This document shows positions 22,424 through 34,409 of a stretch of DNA of 64,000 nt, piece after piece. Every line of letters begins with the position of its first letter. Position 1 is the stretch's first letter. The position numbers and the translations under genes were made by a program. The notes below the pieces were generated by a model. The model saw only the letters and a list, made by a program, of their open reading frames with translations, had not been told where the DNA came from and did no database searches. Source of the DNA: Lentisphaeraceae bacterium (lineage in GTDB: Bacteria > Verrucomicrobiota > Kiritimatiellia > RFP12 > UBA1067); the NCBI GenBank assembly GCA_004551905.1, contig SFPL01000025.1, positions 2,757 through 66,756 on the forward strand, read 5' to 3'.

Positions 22424-22436
22424 GTGATATACTACA
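22424..22436 (+). promoter_or_regulatory. candidate rpoD promoter (TGTGATATACTAC), divergent from the thi promoter
   Basis: TGn-extended -10 TATACT at 22428-22433, followed by 'ttgaca' at 22445-22450. rpoD begins at 22463 or 22490. Confidence 0.3.
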
Positions 22437-22462
22437 CCAAACACTTGACAAAGTGAGAATGG

Positions 22463-24565
<2,103 letters not shown>

Positions 24566-24653
24566 CGAACACGAAAGTCCGCCCGCCTGGGTTGCGAACC
24601 GGCGGGCACAACCTGAAACCAGAAACCAGGAAGAAAGAAGGAGAAGAGAAGTA

Positions 24654-25151
24654 ATGAACTGCATCATCAACGGAGTGTGTGGCCTCTTTGCCGCCCCCAC
24701 CCAGTGCGCGGCGATCACTCTCGCCGTCGTCGCGTTCGTCGCCGGCGTGCTGGCGACGTGCATCGTCTGCCGCCTCTGCCGCGGCTGCGGCTGCAAGTCC
24801 GGCAAGTCCCAGTCCCGCCAGGGCGCGCGCCCTCAGCAGGCGCCCCGCCGCGTGGAGCAGCCGTTCGAGAAGCGCAAGCCGCATCCCGCCCCCGCCGATG
24901 GCTCGGTGGAGATCTACGTCGGCAACCTGAGCTACGACATGACGGAGGACCAGCTCCGCGCCGAGTTCGAGGCGTTTGGCAAGGTCAACTCGACCAGACT
25001 GGTGATGAACCGCTTCAACGGCAAGTCCAAGGGCTTCGGCTTCGTCCAGATGCCGAACCGGGACGAGGCGGAGCGCGCGTGCGCGGCGATCAACGAGAAG
25101 GAGATCATGGGCCGCCGCGTGAAGTGCAACGAGGCCAAGAACCTCATCTGA
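24654..25151 (+). CDS. RNA-binding protein (single RRM) with a predicted N-terminal transmembrane helix and Cys-rich segment
   Basis: The RRM RNP motifs are 'IYVGNLSY' (RNP2) and 'KGFGFVQM' (RNP1). The N-terminus is 'AAITLAVVAFVAGVLATCIVCRLCRGCGCKSGK'. A good SD 'aaggagaa' precedes the ATG. Confidence 0.8.
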   Translation: MNCIINGVCGLFAAPTQCAAITLAVVAFVAGVLATCIVCRLCRGCGCKSGKSQSRQGARPQQAPRRVEQPFEKRKPHPAPADGSVEIYVGNLSYDMTEDQLRAEFEAFGKVNSTRLVMNRFNGKSKGFGFVQMPNRDEAERACAAINEKEIMGRRVKCNEAKNLI

Positions 25152-25164
25152 ACGGGGGCCGCCC

Positions 25165-25731
25165 ATGCAGGAGAAAACCGCGCCGACGGCGCTCGTCCCG
25201 CTGGCCGACGGCTACGAGGAGATCGAGGCGGCGACCATCGTCGACGTCCTGCGCCGCGGCGACGTCGAGGTGACGACCGCCGCGGTCGGCGGCTCGCTCG
25301 AGGTCCGCGGCGCCCACGGCATGGGCACCCGCGCCGACGCGCTCTTCGCCGAGGTGCAGGAGCGGGACTTCGACGCGATCGTCCTGCCGGGCGGCGGCGA
25401 GGGCACCGACAACCTTCGCAAGTGCAGTGCGCTCCTGGAGCGAATCGTGCGCCAGCGCGAGCAGCGCGGGCTCCTCGCGGCGGTCTGCGCGGCGCCGACC
25501 GTCCTCTCCGCCGCGGGCGTACTTTCGCCCAACCAGCACGCCACCTGCTACCCCACCTGCCAGCTTGAGCTCGACTGCCCGTGGATCAACCAGCCGGTCG
25601 TCGAGCACAACGGCATCGTCACCGGCCAGGCGCCGGGCTCGGCGATGCTCTTCTCGCTCGTGGTTCTCAAGGTCCTCGCCGGCGAACAGGTGGTCCGCAA
25701 GGTCGCCCGGGGCATGGTGTTCGATTTCTGA
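25165..25731 (+). CDS. DJ-1/PfpI (ThiJ/YajL) family protein
   Basis: 'FDAIVLPGGGEGTDNL...LLAAVCAAPTVLSAAGVL' carries the nucleophile-elbow Cys in a DJ-1 context. Confidence 0.8.
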   Translation: MQEKTAPTALVPLADGYEEIEAATIVDVLRRGDVEVTTAAVGGSLEVRGAHGMGTRADALFAEVQERDFDAIVLPGGGEGTDNLRKCSALLERIVRQREQRGLLAAVCAAPTVLSAAGVLSPNQHATCYPTCQLELDCPWINQPVVEHNGIVTGQAPGSAMLFSLVVLKVLAGEQVVRKVARGMVFDF

Positions 25732-25734
25732 CGG

Positions 25735-27192
25735 ATGCTCGAGCGGCTGTCGATCTCGTCCTTCAGGTTCTTACTCGCGGGCAAGGGGCTTTCGTTCCGC
25801 ACCACGGGGAAGTACCTGGGCGAGTCGATGTTCGTCGGCATCGTCGTCGGGCTCGCGGCGGCCGCGTTCCGCTGGATGATCCACTGGGGGCGTGTGCTGC
25901 TGCTCGACGGCGTCGGGCACCACGCGGAGCTCTCCTGCCTGCACACCGGCTCGGCGGTGGCGGCCGACTTCTCGGTCGAGGCGATGCTCTGCGACCCGCG
26001 GCGCTGGACGCTTCTCGTGCTGCCGATGGTCGGCGCCGCGCTGGGCTGGCTGCTCATCCGCCGCTTCTCCAAGCTCGAGAACGCGCGCGGCACTGACTGC
26101 GCCATCCGCGCCTACCACCAGCGCGACGGCTACGTGACGAGCGAGGTGGTGCCGGTCAAGCCGCTCGCCTCGGTGCTTACCGTCGCCTCCGGCGGCTCGG
26201 CCGGCTACGAGGGCCCGGTCACGCTCGTCGGCGCTGCCTGCGGCTCGGCGGTCGCGAGGATGATGAACCTCACCCCTCGCGCGCGGCGCATCCTGATGGC
26301 CGCCGGCCTCGCCGCCGGCATCGGCGCGCTCTTCCAGGCCCCGCTCGCCGGGGCGATCTTCGGCTGCGAGATTTTCTACTCCTCGAGCGACGTCGAGTAC
26401 GAGACGATGGTGCCTTCGTTCGTGGCCTCGGCCGTCTCCTACACCGTCTTCGCCTGCTTCTACGGCTGGGCGCCGCTCTTCTCGATGCCCGGCGAGTGCG
26501 TCTACGACTCCGGCCTCAGGCTCTTCCCCTACTTCTGCCTCGCGCTCGTGGTGGCGCTGGGGGCGCGGTTCTACATCATGTTCTTTCGCGCCACCGAGAC
26601 CTGGTTCAAGCGCGCGCGCATGCCCGGCCTCGCCAAGGTCGCGCTCGGCGGGCTCGTGACCGGCGTGATCGGCTTCTTCGTGCCCGACATCCTCGGCACC
26701 AGCTACCCGCTCATCGGCGCCTGCCTCTCGGCCGGCTTCGCGTCCGACTTCGGCGCCGCCGTGCCGCTCTCCGCCGCCGGCTTCTTCTGCTTCTTCGTGA
26801 TGAAGGCGGTGGCCACCTCGTTCACCGTCGGCTCCGGCGGCTCCGGCGGCGTCTTCGCGCCGGCGATCGTCTGCGGCGGCTCGCTCGGCGCTGCGGTCGG
26901 TCTCTGCTTCCACAGTCTGCTGCCGCCGTCGGTCGGCATCCAGCCTGCGGCGTTCGCGCTCGTCGGCATGGCCGGCTTCCTCGCCTCGGCGGTGCGCATC
27001 CCGCTGACGGCGGTGGTGATCGTGGCGGAGATCTCGGGCAACCACGGCCTGCTGCTGCCGGCGATGTGGGTGTGCGGCATCTCCTTCTGGCTCAACGACA
27101 GCTGGTCGCTCTACCGCAGTCAGCCCCACAGCCGTTTCTCATCGCCGGTCCACCGCGCGGACATGATCCCAGCCGGGGAGGGCAGGGCGTGA
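25735..27192 (+). CDS. ClC family voltage-gated chloride channel / H+-Cl- antiporter
   Basis: Three selectivity-filter motifs are present: 'GSGGSAGYEGP' (GxEGP-like), 'GALFQAPLAGAIFGCEIFY' and 'GGVFAPAIVCG' (GxFxP). Confidence 0.9.
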   Translation: MLERLSISSFRFLLAGKGLSFRTTGKYLGESMFVGIVVGLAAAAFRWMIHWGRVLLLDGVGHHAELSCLHTGSAVAADFSVEAMLCDPRRWTLLVLPMVGAALGWLLIRRFSKLENARGTDCAIRAYHQRDGYVTSEVVPVKPLASVLTVASGGSAGYEGPVTLVGAACGSAVARMMNLTPRARRILMAAGLAAGIGALFQAPLAGAIFGCEIFYSSSDVEYETMVPSFVASAVSYTVFACFYGWAPLFSMPGECVYDSGLRLFPYFCLALVVALGARFYIMFFRATETWFKRARMPGLAKVALGGLVTGVIGFFVPDILGTSYPLIGACLSAGFASDFGAAVPLSAAGFFCFFVMKAVATSFTVGSGGSGGVFAPAIVCGGSLGAAVGLCFHSLLPPSVGIQPAAFALVGMAGFLASAVRIPLTAVVIVAEISGNHGLLLPAMWVCGISFWLNDSWSLYRSQPHSRFSSPVHRADMIPAGEGRA

Positions 27193-28121
27193 AGCGCGCG
27201 GTTCCATACGTCAACGAGTCGGTTGCCACCCGGGACCTGAAGTACTACATCTTCGACTGGGACGACAACATCCTCCACATGCCCACCAAGATCCGCATGG
27301 AGCGGCTCGAGGACGACGGCACGTGGCGCCCGGTGGAGCTCTCCACCGCCACCTTCGCGCTGGTGAGGTCCGACACCGAGCACTACCGCGCCCCCGGCGG
27401 CAAGTGGCGCGAGGCTTTCCGCAACTTCGAGGACTCCCCGCAGCGAGACAACTTCCTCGAGGACACCCGCGCCGCGCTCGCGCGCATCGCCGCCGGCGAG
27501 CGCCCCGGCCCCAGCTTCAACGCGCTCAGGAAGACGCTCCGGGAAGGGCGCATTTTCGCGATCGTCACCGCCCGCGGCCACTCCCCCGCCGCCGTAGAGC
27601 GCGCGGTGAGGTGCTTCATCGACGAGGTCCTCACCCCAGGGGAGCGCGAGGAGATGATGAGCTCGCTGCGCGGCTACCGGCAGTGGCTGGACGGCGTGGG
27701 CGACGGCGAGTTCGGCACCGACGAGGAGGAGCTCGACTACTACCTCTCGATGTGCCGCTACTCTGCCGTCACTTACGAGGGCTTCGCCAAGCGCATGGCG
27801 GCGGACCCAATCTACCAGGAGAAGCTCGCCGTCGCCAGCACCGCCGCGCAGCCGGAGCTCGCCAAGGAGTTCGCGATCCGCGACTTCGTGGAGCACGTCT
27901 TCCACATGCTCCGCCGGAGCGGCAACCTCAACCGCCCGGTGTCGATCGGCTTCTCCGACGACGACAAGGGCAACGTAAAGTCGGTCTCGCGCTACATCGT
28001 GGGCGAGCTCGCCCGCCGCTTCGAGGGCATCAAGTTCGTGGTCTACGACACCTCCGACCGCACACTTTCGAAGGGGCGCAAGGTCTGCGTCTCGGGCCAA
28101 CTCAACCTGCCGGGTTTTTGA
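27189..28121 (+). CDS. hypothetical protein, possible HAD-superfamily-like hydrolase
   Basis: The GTG start overlaps the ClC stop. Motifs are 'YYIFDWDDNILHM' (DxDx-like motif I), 'FAIVTARG' (motif II-like) and 'GFSDDDKGN' (motif IV-like). The call is weak. Confidence 0.45.
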   Translation: MKRAVPYVNESVATRDLKYYIFDWDDNILHMPTKIRMERLEDDGTWRPVELSTATFALVRSDTEHYRAPGGKWREAFRNFEDSPQRDNFLEDTRAALARIAAGERPGPSFNALRKTLREGRIFAIVTARGHSPAAVERAVRCFIDEVLTPGEREEMMSSLRGYRQWLDGVGDGEFGTDEEELDYYLSMCRYSAVTYEGFAKRMAADPIYQEKLAVASTAAQPELAKEFAIRDFVEHVFHMLRRSGNLNRPVSIGFSDDDKGNVKSVSRYIVGELARRFEGIKFVVYDTSDRTLSKGRKVCVSGQLNLPGF

Positions 28122-28135
28122 AAGGAGAAAAACAC

Positions 28136-30133
28136 ATGAATACATCAAGAAGGGCATTCCTGTCCATGCTCTCAGCCGCCACCGGCGCGTTCGCCGCGCC
28201 GAAGGGGCTCTACGCCGCGCTCTCGCCCGAGCGCCGGCTCCGCCTCGGCGTCGTATCGGACGTGCACATCCAACTCGGCCAGACCGCCGACCTCGCGAAG
28301 TGGCGCAAGGCGCTCGAGCACTTCCGCGACGTCAAGGTCGACTGCGTCGTCGTTGCCGGCGACATCGCCAACGAGGGACGGGTGGCGGAGCTGGAGGCGT
28401 TCGCCAAGACCTGGTTCGACGTCTTCCCCGGCGACCGGCGGCCCGACGGCGAGAAGGTGGAGCGCGTGTTCATCTTCGGCAACCACGATGTCAGCGAATG
28501 GAGCCACCGCTCCAGCCAGTCCTACGCGAAGAAGGACGAGAAGGGCAATCCGGTCCTGGACGCCGACGGGAAGCCGGTGATCGACGAGGAGGAGTTCCGC
28601 GCGAAGCACCTCTACTGGTCGCGCGAGGCGGTGTGGAAGCGGCTCTTCGGCGAGGAGTACTCCCACTTCTACGCCAAGAACGTCAAGGGCTACTGGTTCC
28701 TCGCCTCCCATTGGCGCAACGGCGGCGTCGGCGGCAAGCAAGAGTACGAGGCCGTGGAGCTGCCCGGCTACCTCAAGGAGCACGCCGACGAGCTCGGCCG
28801 CGTGAAGCCGTTCTTCTTCGTCCAGCATATGCACCCGCAAGGCACCTGCCACGGCAGCGACGCCTGGTGGCCGGACTGCGGTCGGAACACCACCGCGGTG
28901 CTCAAGGAGTTCCCCAACGCAGTCGCGTTTTCCGGCCACTCCCACTGTGCGCTTGCTGACGAGCGCGCCGTCTGGCAGGGCGGTTTCACCAGCTTCGGCA
29001 CCGCCTCGCTCTCCTACTCCTGGCAGCTCCAGGGCGAGTTCGACGGCGACGCCGTGCCGCCGCCCGGCTGCGAGCCGCTCGGCGGCGGCTACTGCAACGC
29101 CGGCTACGTGGTCGACGTCCACGACGGCTTCCTCGCCGTGCGCAGGATCGAGTTTCGCCACCTGAAGCCGATCGGCGACGACTGGATCGTGCCGGTGCCG
29201 CTCAATCCCGCCGCGCCCGAGTTCGCCTTCGCCCCGCGCGCCGCGGCGAAGCAGCCGCCCGCCTACCCCGAGCAGCCCAAGGTGGAGCTGGACGAAGTCG
29301 AGGTCAATAACGGCGGAAAGAAGCTCAGGGTCTCGTTCCCTGCCGTCCAGCAGGGCGACAAGTCCCGCTCCCGCGTCTACGGCTACGAGATCACGATGCG
29401 GAAGAAGGACGGTACCTCTGCTGCGGTCAGGACCATCCGCTCGGCCGGATGCGACATGCCGCTGTCGCTGGAGCCAGACCGCGTCTGCTGGCTACTGCCG
29501 GCGACCGCGGCGTTCGTCAGGGACTGCGACTTCGAGATCGTGCCGGTGGACTGCTTCCGCCGCCGCGCGCCCCGGCGCCGCGGATCGATCGCGCTCTTCG
29601 GCGGCGCCTCCGCCTGCTGCCGCGCCGCGACCGCGGCGAAGCGGGTCTGGGAGCGCGAGCTGGGGATGGGCGTCGATACCTTCGCCGTCGACGGCTCCGG
29701 GCTCGTGGTGGCGAAGGAGAAGAACACCGCAGCCATCGGCCAGTTCAACGAGGTGTGGCGGCACGGCAAGCGCCACGACCTCTACGTGGTGTGGATCGAG
29801 CCGGAGGACGTCCCGGCCAAGCCGAAGGCGGTAGCCAAGGCGCTTGGAGAGGTGCTGTCCCGCATCCGCCATTGCGTTCCGAACGCGAAGATCGCGGTCT
29901 TCGCGCCGCTGTCAGCCGCGTCGGCATCCGCTGAGGAGCTTGGCGCGGTCGTCGCTGCGGTCAAGGACAGCTGCGCGAATGGCGGAGCTAACTGCCTCGA
30001 CCTCGCCGAAGACGCTGCGTTCAAGGACGGCAAGGCCACCTTCGAGCCGGGAGGCAAGCGCCTCGACGAGCACGGCTACGCCGTCGCAGCCCCCGCCCAG
30101 GCCGCGTTTCTGCGCAAGGTGCTGGAGGGCTGA
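28136..30133 (+). CDS. Tat-secreted calcineurin-like metallophosphoesterase with a roughly 300-aa C-terminal extension
   Basis: The SD 'aaaggagaaa' precedes the ATG. The Tat signal is 'MNTSRRAFLSMLSAATGAFAAPKG'. Phosphoesterase motifs are 'GVVSDVHIQ', 'VVAGDIANEG' and 'FGNHDV'. Confidence 0.8.
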   Translation: MNTSRRAFLSMLSAATGAFAAPKGLYAALSPERRLRLGVVSDVHIQLGQTADLAKWRKALEHFRDVKVDCVVVAGDIANEGRVAELEAFAKTWFDVFPGDRRPDGEKVERVFIFGNHDVSEWSHRSSQSYAKKDEKGNPVLDADGKPVIDEEEFRAKHLYWSREAVWKRLFGEEYSHFYAKNVKGYWFLASHWRNGGVGGKQEYEAVELPGYLKEHADELGRVKPFFFVQHMHPQGTCHGSDAWWPDCGRNTTAVLKEFPNAVAFSGHSHCALADERAVWQGGFTSFGTASLSYSWQLQGEFDGDAVPPPGCEPLGGGYCNAGYVVDVHDGFLAVRRIEFRHLKPIGDDWIVPVPLNPAAPEFAFAPRAAAKQPPAYPEQPKVELDEVEVNNGGKKLRVSFPAVQQGDKSRSRVYGYEITMRKKDGTSAAVRTIRSAGCDMPLSLEPDRVCWLLPATAAFVRDCDFEIVPVDCFRRRAPRRRGSIALFGGASACCRAATAAKRVWERELGMGVDTFAVDGSGLVVAKEKNTAAIGQFNEVWRHGKRHDLYVVWIEPEDVPAKPKAVAKALGEVLSRIRHCVPNAKIAVFAPLSAASASAEELGAVVAAVKDSCANGGANCLDLAEDAAFKDGKATFEPGGKRLDEHGYAVAAPAQAAFLRKVLEG

Positions 30134-30143
30134 CGGGCGCGGT

Positions 30144-30887
30144 ATGGAGGAAAGGCTGCAGAACATAATCGCGCGGGCCGGCGTCGCCTCGCGGCGCGGC
30201 GCGGCGGAGCTGGTGGAGTCGGGCGCGGTGACGGTCGACGGCGTCGTCGTGCGCGAGCCCGGGATGCGGCCGGCGGAGGGCGCGGTGGTGCGCGTCCACG
30301 GGCGCCGCGTCGGCGCGAGGGAGCGGACGCGGACGGTGGCGCTCTACAAGCCGGTCGGGGTGGTGTCGACGATGAGCGACCCGAACGGCGAGCGGACGGT
30401 GGCGGACCTCGTGCGCGTCCCGGAGCGGCTGGTGCCGGCGGGCCGGCTCGACCGCGACTCCGAGGGGCTGATGGTGATGTCCAACGACGGCGCGCTCGTC
30501 AACCGCCTCACCCATCCGCGCTTCGGCCACGAGAAGACCTATATCGTGAAGGTGGCGGGGCGCTGGAGCGAGGAGAAGCTCGCCACGCTGCGCTCGCCGC
30601 TGAAGATGGACGACGGCTACGTGATCCGACCGGTGCCGGTCGAGGTGGTGGAGCTTCGGCGGGACAACACCGCGGTTCTCAAGTTCGTCCTCGGCGAGGG
30701 GCGCAAGCGCCAGATCCGCAAGATGTGCTCGCTCGCGCACCTGGTGGTGCTCTCGCTCAAGCGGGTGGCGATCGGCGGGTATTTTCTGCCGCAGGACATG
30801 AAGCCAGGCGAGTGGCGGGACCTCGGTCCCGGGGAACTTGCGCTCTTGACAAAATCCGGCGGCGGGTGTATCATTCTCCCCCACTAA
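30144..30887 (+). CDS. rluB: rRNA pseudouridine synthase, RsuA/RluB family (S4 domain plus catalytic domain)
   Basis: The S4 domain is 'RLQNIIARAGVASRRGAAELVESGAVTVDG'. The catalytic stretch is 'LYKPVGVVSTMSD...GRLDRDSEGLMVMSNDGALVNRLTHPRFGHEKTY'. Confidence 0.8.
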   Translation: MEERLQNIIARAGVASRRGAAELVESGAVTVDGVVVREPGMRPAEGAVVRVHGRRVGARERTRTVALYKPVGVVSTMSDPNGERTVADLVRVPERLVPAGRLDRDSEGLMVMSNDGALVNRLTHPRFGHEKTYIVKVAGRWSEEKLATLRSPLKMDDGYVIRPVPVEVVELRRDNTAVLKFVLGEGRKRQIRKMCSLAHLVVLSLKRVAIGGYFLPQDMKPGEWRDLGPGELALLTKSGGGCIILPH

Positions 30888-30916
30888 AGGAACGCGGGAG
30901 TGTCCACAGGAGAAAA

Positions 30917-33463
30917 ATGTCGAAGAAACTGCTGATAGTAGAGTCGCCGGCGAAGGCGAAGACGATAGGAAAGTACCTTGGCGACGGGTTCGTGGTCAAG
31001 AGCTCGGTGGGCCACATCCGCGACCTGCCGAAGGAGAACGGCGCGATCAAGATCGAGGAGCGAGGCCCCGGCAAGTGGACCTTCGAGCCGCGGTATGTGG
31101 TCTCGGAGGGCAAGGAGAAGGTGGTGTCCGAGCTCAAGGCGGCCACGAAGAAGGCCGACGAGATCTACCTCGCGAGCGATCCCGACCGCGAGGGGGAGGC
31201 GATCGCCTGGCACCTGCGCGAGGTGCTCTCGCCCGTCGCCGATGGCAAGCCGTTCCTCCGCGTCACCTACAACGAGATTACCAAGAGCGCGGTGAAGAAG
31301 GCGGTGGAGTCGCCGCGCGACATCGACATGCCGCTCGTGGACGCGCAGCAGACGCGGCGCATCCTCGACCGGCTCGTCGGCTACCGGATCTCGCCGCTCC
31401 TGTGGAAGAACATCAACTGCCCCAACAACCGCACGCTCTCGGCGGGACGGGTGCAGTCGGTGGCGCTGAGGCTGCTGGTGGAGCGCCAGCGCGAGATCGA
31501 CGCGTTCAAGCCGGAGACGTACTTCCTGATGGGCGTGGAGGCGAAGAAGGACGGCGACGAGAAGATCTTCGCGGCGCGGCTTGCGCGGCTCGACGGCGAG
31601 AAGCCGGAAGTGCGCGACCGCGACACGGCCAACCGCATCCTGCTCGACCTCGCCGGGGCTGCGCTCTCGGTGGAGGACGTCAAGTGCCAGCCGCGCGCGC
31701 GCCACGCGCTGCCGCCGTTCACCACCTCGACCCTGCAGCAGGCGGCCTCGAGCGTGCTCGGCTACTCGCCGGGCAAGACGATGAAGATCGCCCAGGCGCT
31801 CTACGAGCACGGCCTCATCACCTACATGCGCTCCGACTCGGTGAACGTCTCCCAGCAGGCGCGCGCCGCAGCGAAGGAGTTTATCGTCTCGAACTACGGC
31901 GCGGAGTACTATCCCGAGAAGCCGAACTTCTACGCCGCGAAGGCCAAGGGCGGCGTCGAGGCGCAGGAGGCGCACGAGGCGATCAGGCCTACCGACGTCT
32001 CGCGGACGCCGCAGGCGTCCGGGCTCGAGGCCCAGGACCTGAAGCTCTACGACCTCGTGTGGCGGCGGTTCGTGGCCTCCCAGATGGCCGACGCGCGCAC
32101 CTCGGTGCGCTCGATCTCGCTCAAGGCGGTCAAGCCCGCGCTCGCCCACTCCTACCTCTTCACCGCCACGGCGACGATTATCGATTTCGACGGCTTCCTC
32201 AAGGTTACCAAGCTCTCGCTGAAGAAGAAGACGAAGGACGGCGAGGACGATGAGGACAGCGACGAGGTGGCGTACCTCCCCGACGTGAAGGCAGGCGACC
32301 CGCTGCAGGCGGTGCGCTGGCTCTCGGAGGAGAAGCAGACCAAGGGCCCGGCGCACTACTCCGAGGCGAGCCTCATCAAGGCGCTGGAGGAGAACGGCGT
32401 GGGGCGTCCGTCCACCTACGCGGCGACGATCGAGACCCTGAAGCTGCGCGAGTACGCGAAGAACGAGAAGCGCAAGCTGGTGCCGCTCGAGCGCGGCAAG
32501 CTGGTGTGCGACTGGCTGGTGAAGAAGATGGACGACCTCTTCTCCGTGGGCTACACCGCCAAGATGGAGGCGGAGCTCGACCAGGTGGAGGAGAAGGGCG
32601 TCGCGATGGACGACATGCTCAGCGGCTTCTACGCGCGGCTCCTGAAGGAGATCAGCGACGCCTCGGAGCCGCCGCCGGACCGCGCCAAGTTCGACGCTGT
32701 CTTCGCGCTGCTCGCGCAGGTGAAGGAGTGGAAGCCGGCGAAGAAGGTGGGCAGACGCGTCTACGACGACCGTGCCTTCGTGGAGAGCGTGAAGGCCCAG
32801 GCGGAGGAGGGCACCCGGCCGCTCTCGATGCGCCAGCTGCAGTCGCTTGTACGCGTCGCCGCCTGGTACCACGACCAGATCCCGGACTGCGAGGCACGCC
32901 TCGCCGCCGCGTCGCTGGTGCCGCAGAAGACCATGCAGTCCTTCGCCGACCCGGACCTGGTGAAGTACTGCTTCGAGAAGATGGACTGCATCCCCGAGCT
33001 GCAGAGCAACCGTTTCCTCATCTCGGTGCGCGAGCAGGCCATACACGGCCGCGGCCTCACCCAGCGCCAGCTCTGGGTGGTCGCGCGCGCGATCCTCGAG
33101 AAGGTGGCCGGCCGGCCCGACGAGGCGGAGATACGCGCGCGGCTCTCGGACTTTGCCGACGCAGCGGTGTCGTCGCCAGCCGACGGCATCGCCGGCGAGC
33201 TGCTCCAGATGCTCAAGTCGGTCAAGGTGTTCCGCGCGCCAACCCGCTTCGGCAAGCGGATCTACGACGACAAGTCCTTCTACAAGTCGCTGACCGAGCA
33301 GTACTCTCGCCGCCAAGTGCTCTCGGACCGCCAGGTCGCGGCCCTCAAGCGGATCGTCAAGGCCTACCGCGAGCAGATCCCCGACTACGATGCGAAGAAG
33401 GATGCGCTGGGGCTCGAGTCGAAGGGCAAGGAGGACAAGGAAGGTGGTGACGGCGCCGAATAG
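30917..33463 (+). CDS. topA: DNA topoisomerase I
   Basis: The Toprim N-terminus is 'KLLIVESPAKAKTIGKYLGDGFVVKSSVGHIRDLP', the active-site region is 'LITYMRSDS', and C-terminal repeats read 'RVYDDRAF'/'RIYDDKSF'. Confidence 0.95.
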   Translation: MSKKLLIVESPAKAKTIGKYLGDGFVVKSSVGHIRDLPKENGAIKIEERGPGKWTFEPRYVVSEGKEKVVSELKAATKKADEIYLASDPDREGEAIAWHLREVLSPVADGKPFLRVTYNEITKSAVKKAVESPRDIDMPLVDAQQTRRILDRLVGYRISPLLWKNINCPNNRTLSAGRVQSVALRLLVERQREIDAFKPETYFLMGVEAKKDGDEKIFAARLARLDGEKPEVRDRDTANRILLDLAGAALSVEDVKCQPRARHALPPFTTSTLQQAASSVLGYSPGKTMKIAQALYEHGLITYMRSDSVNVSQQARAAAKEFIVSNYGAEYYPEKPNFYAAKAKGGVEAQEAHEAIRPTDVSRTPQASGLEAQDLKLYDLVWRRFVASQMADARTSVRSISLKAVKPALAHSYLFTATATIIDFDGFLKVTKLSLKKKTKDGEDDEDSDEVAYLPDVKAGDPLQAVRWLSEEKQTKGPAHYSEASLIKALEENGVGRPSTYAATIETLKLREYAKNEKRKLVPLERGKLVCDWLVKKMDDLFSVGYTAKMEAELDQVEEKGVAMDDMLSGFYARLLKEISDASEPPPDRAKFDAVFALLAQVKEWKPAKKVGRRVYDDRAFVESVKAQAEEGTRPLSMRQLQSLVRVAAWYHDQIPDCEARLAAASLVPQKTMQSFADPDLVKYCFEKMDCIPELQSNRFLISVREQAIHGRGLTQRQLWVVARAILEKVAGRPDEAEIRARLSDFADAAVSSPADGIAGELLQMLKSVKVFRAPTRFGKRIYDDKSFYKSLTEQYSRRQVLSDRQVAALKRIVKAYREQIPDYDAKKDALGLESKGKEDKEGGDGAE

Positions 33464-34394
33464 GTTCCTCTCCGGCGATCCGCTCGCACAGCGGTTCTCG
33501 GAGCACCTCCACGCGGAGCGCAACGCCTCCGCGAACACTCGCGTTGGCTACATGATGGACCTCGGCCAGCTCGCGACCTCGGCCTGGGGCGAGGCTGCGG
33601 AGCCGCCGTTTCCGTGGGCGGAGCTCGGCGAGGCGCGCGCCCGTGCTTTCCTGCTGGAGCTCTCGAAGTCTGGCGAGGCGGCGTCGTCCGTCCGCCGCAA
33701 GCTCGCCGCCGCGCGCACCTTCTACCGCTACCTCCAGGGCGCGGGGCTGGTGGCCGCGAACCCGTTTTCGTACCTGCGCGGGCCGAAGGCGAGCCACGCC
33801 CTGCCGAAGACGCTCTCGCCGTCCGAGGTGGCCAGGTTCCTCGAGCAGCCGGCGAAGGACCGCGCCGCCGGAATCGTCGGCGAGGAGACGGCGCTCCGCG
33901 ACGCCGCGCTCTTCGAGGCGCTCTACTCCACCGGCTGCCGCATCGGCGAGATGACCGGCGCGAACTGGGGCGACGCCGACCTCGAGCGCGGCACGATGGT
34001 GGTGACCGGAAAGGGGTCCAAGGACCGGCTGGTGATCCTGGGCGGGCCTGCCCGCCAGGCGCTCTGTCGGCTCAGGGCCGCGCTCGCCGCCCGCGGCGCG
34101 GAGCTCGTCGCGCGCGACGCGCCGATCTTCCTCTCCGCCCGCGGCGCCAGGCTCTCGCCGCGCGAGGCGCAGCGGACGATGAAGCGCTATCTCGCCGAGG
34201 CGGGCCTGCCGACCGACCTGACCCCGCACAAGCTCAGGCACAGCTTCGCCACACACCTCCTGGACGGCGGAGCGAACCTTCGGAGCGTCCAGGAGATGCT
34301 CGGCCACGCGTCGCTCTCGACGACGCAGATCTACACCCATGTCTCGGTGGAGCGGCTCAAGGACGCCGTCGCCTCCGCGCATCCGCGGGGATAG
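33444..34394 (+). CDS. xerC: tyrosine site-specific recombinase XerC/XerD
   Basis: 'RHSFATHLLDGGANLRSVQEMLGHASLSTTQIYTHV' is the R..H..Y catalytic box. The GTG start overlaps the topA stop. Confidence 0.85.
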   Translation: MVTAPNRFLSGDPLAQRFSEHLHAERNASANTRVGYMMDLGQLATSAWGEAAEPPFPWAELGEARARAFLLELSKSGEAASSVRRKLAAARTFYRYLQGAGLVAANPFSYLRGPKASHALPKTLSPSEVARFLEQPAKDRAAGIVGEETALRDAALFEALYSTGCRIGEMTGANWGDADLERGTMVVTGKGSKDRLVILGGPARQALCRLRAALAARGAELVARDAPIFLSARGARLSPREAQRTMKRYLAEAGLPTDLTPHKLRHSFATHLLDGGANLRSVQEMLGHASLSTTQIYTHVSVERLKDAVASAHPRG

Positions 34395-34409
34395 GGGGAA
34401 CATCCGGCG

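Noticed and set aside
24566-24653. Hairpin 'cccgcc tg ggtt gcg aacc g gcggg' after rpoD as an intrinsic terminator.
   Set aside because: It is a plausible stem, but it has no U-tract and is immediately followed by the strong SD of the RRM gene. This is too uncertain to list as a feature.
33444-34394. xerC as evidence of an integrated mobile element or invertible segment.
   Set aside because: It is translationally coupled to topA and looks like the chromosomal dimer-resolution recombinase. No flanking inverted or direct repeats, phage genes or transposases were seen.
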